45,592 nucleotides of DNA from contig NC_068985.1 in assembly GCF_001194135.2 (NCBI RefSeq), forward strand, positions 15,306,626 through 15,352,217. The letters are read 5' to 3'. A model generated the notes under the pieces. It was not told the origin of the DNA, did no database searches, and saw nothing but the letters and a program-made list of their open reading frames with translations. The first letter of the stretch is position 1. Each line of letters begins with the position of its first letter. Of the stretch, positions 36,749-45,592 are shown one piece after another. The stretch is from Octopus bimaculoides (lineage: Eukaryota). The translations under genes and the position numbers were made by a program.

Positions 36749-37309
36749 GACATTGTTTTGAAATAATCATGCATTATCTTATAACTTGAAGATTTCAATG
36801 ATATGATTGTTTATTTTTAGAATGAGATTGTAAGATAAACGTAAGAGGCCAGATCAAGTTAGTTTGAACATAAAACAGGTAGGATATCTGGGCCTGATAT
36901 GGAAAGTTTAAATACTAAACATTTAAGTGAAATATGTGAATTTACTTGCTTCAGTTTGTTTAGTAAGAAAACCACAACCAACGGTGACTTCATGGTTGAG
37001 TAGTTGAATTGAAAAAGAGATTTCCCGATGTATTTAAAGTATTTCTTGTGGTTCATGTAAATATCGTAAACAAACATTCAATCCATTCTCCTGCTTAGAG
37101 AATGTAAATATAGAATATAAATGAAAATATGTACAGTTGTACATTATATGCATTTAATCAGACATATGTGACCTGTGCCAACTATATTAGATAAGTATAA
37201 AAGTACTGACGATGAATGTAATTATATAAAAGGAAATACCACCAAGATGGAAACACTGTTTGTCTCTGAATCTGGAATATTTCTGTCCTCTGTTGCTAGA
37301 GAACTTGCC

Positions 37310-37698
37310 TTCTTTTGTTACGTCTTCTATTTTTTATTTGTTGCAGCCATGCTGGAGCACCATCTTCAAGAATTTTAGTCAAATGAATCGGCCCCACTTC
37401 TTATTATATTTAAGCCTGCTACTCATTCTGTCGGTCAGTTTTGCTGAACCGCTAGGTTACAGGGACGTAAACACACCGACATCAGTTGTCAAATGGTGGT
37501 GGGAGACAGACAGACACACACACACACACAAACATGACAAGTTTCTTTCAGTTTCCGTCTACCAAATCCACTCACAAGGCTTTGGTCGGCCCGAGGCTGT
37601 AGTAGAAGACACTTGCCCCAGGTGCCACGCAGTGGGACTGAACCCGGAACCATGTGGTTCATAAGCAAACTACTTACCACACAGTCACTCCTGCACCT
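37310..37698 (-). mobile_element. SINE C
   Basis: Colinear with 34015-34426. Confidence 0.85.
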
Positions 37699-39572
37699 TT
37701 TGTTTATAATATGTGAACATATATAAAGATGGAGGGTTGGAAATATAGACTAGCTCATGCACATACACAAATGTGTGTGTGTGTGTGCGTGTGTGTCATA
37801 ATTTTAATGTCCACTTTTTTCATGCTTGCATGGATTAGCTGAAATTTGTTGGAAGAGAGTTTCTACTACTGGGTAACCTTTCCGTTGCCAACCCTAATCT
37901 GTTTCCAAGTAAAGTAACAATTGCTGGTGTCACATAAAAAGCACCAAGTGGTTGCTGTTAGGAATGGCATCCAGCTATAGAAACCGTGCCAAAATAGATA
38001 ATTGGTGCAGCGCTCTGGCGTCCCAGCTTCTGTCAAACTGTCCAACCCATACCAGTATAGAAAATGGACTTTAAGTGATGATGGTGATGACAACGACCAG
38101 ACATGTTTTTCATCGAAGACTAGAAATGAACAACACTGCTTGTATGATGGTAATGTCAAGACAAGGGAATACATAAACTACTCATGCATAAATATACATG
38201 ATGTGCTTCATTCAGTTTCCATCTACCAAATCCATTCGCAAGGCTTTAGCTTGCCAGGGCTATAATAGAAGACACTTGCCCAAATGCCGTGCCACAGGAC
38301 TGAACCTGATAACACACAGTTGAGAAGTAAGCTTCTTAATCTCAAAGTCGTGTCTACACCTATAAAATTAGATATAAAAAATCTGTTTCTGTGAAATTAT
38401 ATTTTCTTATCATCTTCTTATGAACTCAACTACTGAGATTATTATGAAAGTGATATCAGACATAAACACCGATATAAAACATGTTTGCTGATGGAAGTTG
38501 GACTGCATATACAAGTACTGTAATATATATTTATTTATTAATCAGTAACGAAGGTGTCTCGTCTATTGGCCTGATTCTTTTTTCTGTCTCAGATCTGTTC
38601 TTACAATGTCTAAACATCCATCTCGGTCTTCTTTAGTTTCACCAAACTTTTATAGATTAAGTCTTGCCAAGCATATCCTATGTATCATAACTAAATCAAA
38701 ATTTTACTATAATAATTAATTGCAAACAAAAGATAATGCCTTCTTTCACAAAATGATATCTAGTATCAAGTCCTGCAGAACTTGCCAGACTAAATATGTG
38801 AAGCATTTTGTTTCATACATCTTCATTATGAGATTAAATTAGCTTTTCCTTTCAATCAACCAGTGTTCATAAAAAAATACTAGTCTATGTACTTTGCACT
38901 AAACAAAAGCTTTCTAGTAGAGACCATCTCCCCACCNNNNNNNNNNNNNNNNNNNNNNNNNNNNNNNNNNNCCCAGACATTACCAATAATAGTAGGGTGT
39001 AATTTGAGTGAGATGTGTATGCTATTTCTAGCAAGTTGAACTATCACATTGAAGCTGAAGTTACAACATTGGTTTTATCTGTTTAGAGTTTAAACCTATT
39101 TTAGAGATGAGGGATTCTGTTCATTATTTACATTGGACAGATATGTGTCCTCATCTTGTTTGTTGCTACTACAACATTTCAGGCTACTAACCCCAAGATT
39201 CTGAGTTCAATTCTAGGCAGTGCCTAAACGATGATGATGATGAATAATAAAAAATGCCCTGATGCAGTACCAGGCAGTGGCTCTCGTGGCTTCTGATCTT
39301 AACTGATTGGAAGTGTTATCATGTACATTGCTTTGTCTTGGTATAAAAGATGGGCTACAGCAAATATTCTGCTCAATATCACAAATTTGCTTGTCAGTTG
39401 TTTGACCTTAACCAGTTGAGCATGTCCCTTGGTGGCTGGAACCATGTGGTTGGTAAGCAAGCTATTTACCACACAGCCACTCCTGTGATGATTTATGTCA
39501 GAGTTGATTTTCCTATTGTCTTTTTCTGTTCTACATATTTTGTTTAGATCAAAATTAGATCAGTTTACATAT

Positions 39573-39772
39573 TTAACTCTTTAGCATTTAAACCAGCCAC
39601 ACCTGACCAAAATATTCTACTTGTTTATGTTCAAAATGACCAAATTCAGCCACTCACGCATACCTTACAATGTCATTCTAAAAATAATCGCATCATCAAA
39701 ATCTGAAAACTATGGGATAATGCAAGATTAATTCAAAATATTTGTCAGAATAATCTGAATGCTTATGGGTGA
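39573..39772 (-). mobile_element. Diverged copy of the piggyBac-like MITE
   Basis: TTAA-CTCTTTAGCATTTA start; internal sequence is the reverse complement of 34774-34993. Confidence 0.65.
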
Positions 39773-39827
39773 AATATAATTGACTGGAAGAATTCACATA
39801 CAGATGCCATATGCATAAAAAATACTA

Positions 39828-39976
39828 TCATCATCATCATCATCATCATCGTTTAACGTCCGCTTTCCATGCTAGCATGGGTTGGACGATTTGACTGAGG
39901 ACTGGTGAAACCGGATGGCAACACCAGGCTCCAATCTAAATTTGGCAGAGTTTCTACAGCTGGATGCCCTTCCTAG
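39828..39976 (-). mobile_element. Young RTE 3' end
   Basis: 39850-39936 is the exact reverse complement of 7893-7979 (87 bp). Confidence 0.9.
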
Positions 39977-40324
39977 TGCAAATTCTAAATGCTAACATAT
40001 TTTAATGTTGCAAGTGAAAAACGGTTTCATATAATTAAAATTGATTTTGCAGCAAGGAGGAGAAATCCTAGGCTCTGTGGCTAGTGTTAATATTAATCTA
40101 ATCAAGAGAAAAGAGTAAAGATTAAAATTTTAATTAAAACTTAAATTACATATGCAATGAATATATGCAAAACATCTTGAGATCTAATATAAATTTAATC
40201 TAATCTTTGGCAAGCATGATAGCAACTACAGACATGTTTCAGTTTTATTAAACTTCCTTGATGAAGTATAAATAGATTAGAATAATCAGTCTGACAGATA
40301 TGGGTGCAGATATGGGTGCAGCTA

Positions 40325-40690
40325 TGGTTGTGTAGTTTAGAAGTTCAATTTACAACTACATAGTCCTGTGGTCTTTAGAAGTTCAGTGTACAATCTTGTG
40401 GTTCTGTGTAGTTCAGAAGTTCAATTTACAACCACATGGTCCTGTGTTGTTCAGAAGTTCAATTTACAACCACATGGTCCTGTGTTGTTCAGAAGTTCAA
40501 TTTACAACCACATGGTCCTGTGTAGTANNNNNNNNNNGTTCAGAAGTTCAATTTACAACCACATGGTCCTGTGTAGTTCAGAAGTTCAATTTACAACCAC
40601 ATGGTCCTGTGTTGTTCAGAAGTTCAATTTACAACCACATGGTCCTGTGTTGTTCAGAAGTTCAATTTACAACCACATGGTCCTGTGTAG
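40325..40690 (+). repeat. 38-bp minisatellite (GTTCAGAAGTTCAATTTACAACCACATGGTCCTGTGT[T/A])n inside a SINE head
   Basis: Units start at 40411, 40449, 40487, (10-N gap), 40538, 40576, 40614, 40652; two degenerate units upstream. Confidence 0.95.
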
Positions 40691-41589
40691 TATAAAAGAT
40701 TTCTTCCTAACCACATAGTTTCAGGTTCAGTCTCACTGTGTGGCACTTTGGGCAAGTGTCATCTACTATATCTCCAGGCTGATCAAAGCCTTGTGAGGGG
40801 ATTTGGTAGATGGAAACAGAAAGAAGTTTGTCCTTTGTAGGTATCTCCTTGCCTTGACATTGCATGATAGTTGCAAAAGATAGTCATACAAGCAGTGTCA
40901 TTCGTTTCTGATATTCTGAAAATTCATGTCAGGCCATGGCAAAATATTAACTTGTTTGAAAACGAGTGAAGGTTGGCAATGGGAAGAGCACCTGGTTGTA
41001 GAAAATCTGCCTCAGTAAACATTAAAATGATGATGATGATGGTGATGAACCTAAGTTTAATCCCATTACACAGCAGCTTGGAGAAGTGCCTTCTACCATG
41101 ACTTAAACTATACATAAATTTGTATGTGTGTGTGTGTGTATCTTTCAACAAAAGATGCAAATATTGAAAAAAAATTAATAAACCAGTATTTTCCAACGAA
41201 CACCTTGGTGTATTTTATTTCATCTTAGCTACACAACAGATCAAGAAAATAAAATACAGGGGTTGTAGGATGATAGATATAATTGATTGTACCCTTCCCT
41301 CAAATTCAAGGTTTTATATCTATGTTATACATGAATAATACTTTCTACTATAGGTATAAGGCCTGAAATTTCGTGGGAGGATGCTAATCAATTACACCAG
41401 CCCTGGGACTCAACAGGTACTCATTTAATAGACCCCCTGAAACGATGAAAAGTAAAGTCGACCTTAGTGGAATTTGAACTCAAAATGTAAAGACAGACAA
41501 AATGCCGTCTTTACAGAGACATGTGAGATATTTGATAAATAATCTTAATGTTTCAACTTAAGAGGAAATCTGTTTGTTGTTATCGATAA

Positions 41590-41890
41590 AAGAAGTAGAC
41601 GCTTGAAGTCTTTCCATCCACTTTATACAGCAGTAGCTTTCCTATTGTTAGCTCTTCACACAACGTCTATTAGTTCACCTTGATAAAAGGACTTCTTTGC
41701 ACTACTTCCATTTAAGTACCAAAGCCATTCTTAATCTTGGTTCCAACAGCTATTGTCCATCTATTATTTATAGATCAGGAGAGTAGATTTTAGCAGCATT
41801 CTTCTAAAGACCCTACAGCACTTCTGGTGCACCTACTGCTCCTATAGATTAACAGATCTCTTGGGAAAGAGTTTGTCTGTACCAGCAATG
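41590..41890 (-). mobile_element. Old RTE-clade LINE ORF fragment (Cys-rich segment and post-RT region)
   Basis: Minus strand gives *VHQKCCRVFRR, then MEVVQRS/FYQGELI and *SGWKDFKRLL with frameshifts, resembling RTE motifs WVHKRCSG, EVVDSFCYLGD and SGWKKFRELL. Confidence 0.5.
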
Positions 41891-42070
41891 GTGTGAAAAC
41901 TTATAATATTAATAATTTATCTTAAAACCTAAGTGTGGTTTAAGTGGTTGACATTCCTTAAAAATTAATGCAGTGACTATAACGACAATACAAATTACAT
42001 ACACATGTAAATACACATTACATATATTAAATATATGATAAATGCATATATATATATATTTATATGTATA

Positions 42071-42240
42071 CAGTAATCCCTCGACTATCGTGGGTGTTGT
42101 ATTCCAAAACCTCCTACGATAGGTGAAAATCTGTGAAGTAGAAACAGTACTGTACTGTATATATTTTATATCATTTTTATAATTTGTATATATTTATTTT
42201 ATTATAAATGCAAAACAATGCCACACACTCACCTCCTGAG
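42071..42240 (+). mobile_element. pogo/Tigger-like (Tc1-mariner) MITE left end, interrupted by an RTE 3' end
   Basis: TA|CAGTAATCCCTCGACTATCG...TTCCAAAAC...CGATAGGTGAAAATC: TA target plus CAGT terminus typical of Tigger-type TIRs; right TIR not seen. Confidence 0.6.
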
Positions 42241-42280
42241 TTTTGTTTTCCAGTCAAGTAAAACCAAAATCGTAGCTGTG

Positions 42281-42612
42281 GCCAGTGCCCCCTGACAGGC
42301 TCCCATTCTGGTGGCACGTAAAATGCACCATCCGAACATGGCCGATGCCAGTGCTCCCTGACTGGCTCCCATGCCAGTGGCATGTAAAAGGCAATATCCG
42401 AATGTGATCGATGCCAGGCCCGCCTGACTGGCTCTTGTGCTGGTGGCACATAAAAAGCACCCACTACTCTCGGAGTGGTTGGCATTAGGAAGGGCATCCA
42501 CCTGTAGAAACATTGCCAGATTGGAGCCTGGTGCAGCCACTGGCTTTCCAGACCTCAGTCAAGCCGTCCAACCCATGCCAGCATGGAAAACAGATGTTAA
42601 ACTTTGATGATG
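42281..42612 (+). mobile_element. RTE LINE 3' UTR with three 66-bp units
   Basis: gccag markers at 42281, 42347, 42413; terminal gttaaact..gatgatga. Confidence 0.85.
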
Positions 42613-44822
42613 ATATTTATGATTCTTTGTTTGCTCATCTATGATACACTACATATTTTCTTTTAATATATTTTAATTAATGTGTTATACAGTGCAGTAC
42701 TGTACTCTATTTATTCATTTTAAGGTGGCATAAGGTGCAGCTTGGCATAAGTGTCATTGCAGGGGTCGCTGTCAGAATGCAAAGATCCAACACAGATACT
42801 GCAAAGCATCTCATCTAACACTCCAGCAGTTCCGTCATGATGGAGTCATTCAATAAATATCTCTTTTGTATAGGTTTTTGTTGTTTCTCCAATTTATTTC
42901 AATATCATTTTATGAAACTTCTCACATTACATTACCTCATCTCCCATCACCTACATACAACTTCGAATCTATGAGAGATGGTAAATTTAGTGATACGAAC
43001 TGTTGGACACCAGCAAACACCCGACCCCTTTCTTCCTCTGTGCTTCTCTTTACCCTTTGTCTTTTGCTCGTTTCACTCGTCGGTCTGTGGCCATGCTACG
43101 GCACTACATTGAAGGGCTTAATCAATCATATCAACCCCACTACTGAATTTTTTTTTTAAGCCTGGCTCTTATTCCATTGGTCTTTTTTGCCAAACTGCTA
43201 AGTTATACAAACCACTTTGAGTTGTCAAACAGTCGTGGGACAGACACAATGACACACACATACATATAGATTTACATATGTATGGTCCAACACATGCCAG
43301 CATAGGAAACAGATGTTAAATGATGATGTGAGTGGGTGTGACTTTAGGTGCAGATGTGGCTGTGTGGTAAAAAGTTTACTTCCCAACCACATAGTTCTGA
43401 GTTCAGTCCTACTGTATGGCAGCTTGAGCAAGTGTCCTCTATTATAGCTACAAGCCAACCAAAACCTTGTGAGTGGATTAGGTAGATGGAAAGTGAAAGA
43501 AGCCTGTCGTGTGTGTGTTTGTCAATCATCATTATCCTGTGTTTTAAATCTGGATTTTGTCCCCGTTAACGGGGTGGTCGGATCTACCTAAATGCCATAG
43601 CAACCAAGGGCTTTGGGCTGGCTCCTTTGCTATCATGAGGCTTTTTTGGAGCTGGACTTTCTATGGGGGGCATGCCCTTGCTTACCCCCAACCTCAGTTT
43701 CTAGACTTGAGTGATCCCGAGACCAAGGCCTCTACCATGATTTTTAAGAAATGTGGTGGAAAACTAGTTCAGGAAGGCAGGGACACTACTCACTGAGACC
43801 CTTTTCGTGTGTGTGTGTATATATTTATATATACATGAAATCGTAGTCATGGCATGTAAAACCACCCATTACACTCTTGGAGTGGTTGATGCTAAGAAGG
43901 GCATCCAGTCATAGAAACCTTACCAAACCAGACTGGAACTTGGTGCAGCTCTCTGGCTTGCCAGTTCCTGTCAAACCTTCTAACCCATGCCAGCATGGAA
44001 AGCAGGTGCTAAACGATGACAGTGACAGTGGACTTCCACACAGTTTCCATGCTATGGGACTGAACCTGAAGCCATCTGGCTGCAAATCAAGCTTCTTAAC
44101 CACACAGCCATGCTTGTACCCATACGTAATATTTCTTCTCTAAATTGTTGAGCATTTCAGAGTCCGGGTAAGCGCCTGCTGACCTGAATTTCTGACCCAG
44201 TTTCAATTCCAAGTTGTATTTATTTCACTTCGCTTAACCGTTAATGTCCCTGCAAAAGCATGAATGTTACACAATCTCATTTTACTTCCTCTTCAAATAT
44301 TCCAAGCTCTGAGCCAAGTTAATTAATCAATATTTCATCTCTAAGGCTAAAAGAACAATTTTCAATCAAGCGTGAACTCTCTGTATTAGCATGTGTGGTT
44401 GAGTGTACATGTGTGCATGTGTTGCTGAACACAAAATGCTCGTGTTGAATCTTAAATTTATTTAAAAGCAATTACTAATATTTGTTTTGTTTTTTTTGTT
44501 TTAGAGAGTATCTTTAAATTCTTTTTTTTTTTTTATTGCAACAATTACGCTCTTTTTTTTAAAAAACAAAATAAAATGTACCGATATAAATCCTCATTTA
44601 CTTGTACAAAACAGAACCGCTACACTACTATTAGTATCATGTTTATTTCCAAAAATTATTATTATTGTTTATTTATTTTTGTTAAATACACGTTTGGATT
44701 ATTGGTCCATTGAAGGGATTAATAAGATCTAATCATTTCTGCATTGAAATATGGATTGGCAAACTTAATATTCATTTTCATGTATTGTAAATTCTACATG
44801 GCTATACAATATATATATTTAT

Positions 44823-45246
44823 AGGCACAGGGAACGGCTGTGTGGTAAGAAGCTTGTTTGCCAATAGCATGGTTCCGGGTTCAGTCCCACTGTGTGGCAC
44901 CCTGGGCAAGTGTGTTTTCTACTATACCAACAGGCTGACCAAAGCCTTGTGATTGGATTTGGTAGACAGAAACTGAAGCCCTTTGTATCTATGTATATGT
45001 GTCTTCGTGTCTGTGTTTCTCCCACCACCACCACCACCACACACACACACATACACACACACTGCTTGACAACTGGTGCTGGTGTGTTTACATCCCTGTA
45101 ACTTAGCGGTTCGGCAAAAGAAACAATTAGAATAGATATCAGGTTTTAGGAAAAAAATAAGTACTGGGGTTGATACATTTGACTAAAAATTCTTCAAAGT
45201 GTTGTCCCAGGATGGCTGCAGTCTAATAACTGAAGCAAGTAAAAAA
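44823..45246 (+). mobile_element. SINE C
   Basis: Colinear with 12052-12429. Confidence 0.85.
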
Positions 45247-45253
45247 TTACAGA

Positions 45254-45332
<79 letters not shown>

Positions 45333-45396
45333 ATATATATATTTGTATGTGTGTATATATATGTATGTATATATGTGTGTGTGTATATATATATAT

Positions 45397-45592
45397 CATC
45401 ATCATCATCATCATCATCGTTTAACGTCCGCTTTCCATGCTAGCATGGGTTGGACGATTTGACTGAGGACTGGTGAAACCGGATGGCAACACCAGGCTCC
45501 AGTCTGATTTGGCAGAGTTTCTACAGCTGGATGCCCTTCCTAACGCCAACCACTCAGAGAGTGTAGTGGGTGCTTTTACGTGTCACCCGCAC
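45397..45592 (-). mobile_element. Young RTE 3' end (runs off the window) adjoining a compound (TA)n/(TG)n microsatellite
   Basis: (CAT)n then cgtttaacgtccgctttccatgctagcatgg...; one mismatch to 7893-7979. Confidence 0.9.

Noticed and set aside
38592-38720. Candidate exon after the strong acceptor ttcttttttctgtctcag|
   Set aside because: The phase-1 frame needed to follow 17310 hits TAG within 14 codons; no convincing donor.
40325-40690. CRISPR-like array
   Set aside because: Units are contiguous with no unique spacers; eukaryotic context; no cas genes; the unit derives from a SINE head.
42866-43159. 97-aa ORF with a donor-like ATG|GTAAAT
   Set aside because: No recognisable homology, its 3' part runs into a SINE, and its phase is incompatible with direct splicing from 17310.
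21-45462. Many 60-140 aa ORFs (CVCV, IYIY, THTH, MMMM types and SINE/RTE translations)
   Set aside because: They translate microsatellites and repeats found many times in the window; no coding signal.

Overview
AT-rich, repeat-dense animal genomic scaffold with many N gaps. The SINE/LINE repertoire looks like Octopus (recognition from memory, not a database result). One clear protein-coding exon is present: a 1.6-kb, + strand, start-containing exon (15714-17310) encoding a Ser/Asn/Thr/His-rich low-complexity N-terminus of unidentified product; the rest is probably intron or flank. That DNA is filled with several tRNA-derived SINE families, many 3' ends of an RTE-clade LINE (including near-identical young copies), older LINE remnants (HERO-like RLE element, RTE RT, a possible CR1/L2-like RT), MITEs (piggyBac-like, pogo/Tigger-like) and microsatellites. 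The most unusual signal is two different fold-back elements (2462-3110 and 24405-24605). Both have GG...CC termini, perfect 8-bp target-site duplications (Merlin/IS1016-like) and internal telomeric CCCTAA/TTAGGG repeats; in one, the repeats are arranged like a tiny telomere-capped linear molecule inside a 201-bp palindrome. Also notable: a 38-bp minisatellite born from a SINE Pol III head, a ~66-bp tandem hairpin array in the RTE 3' UTR, repeated RTE insertion into SINE-internal (TA)n/(CA)n microsatellites, and modular head/tail swapping among SINE families. SINE/LINE boundaries are approximate unless a TSD is cited.
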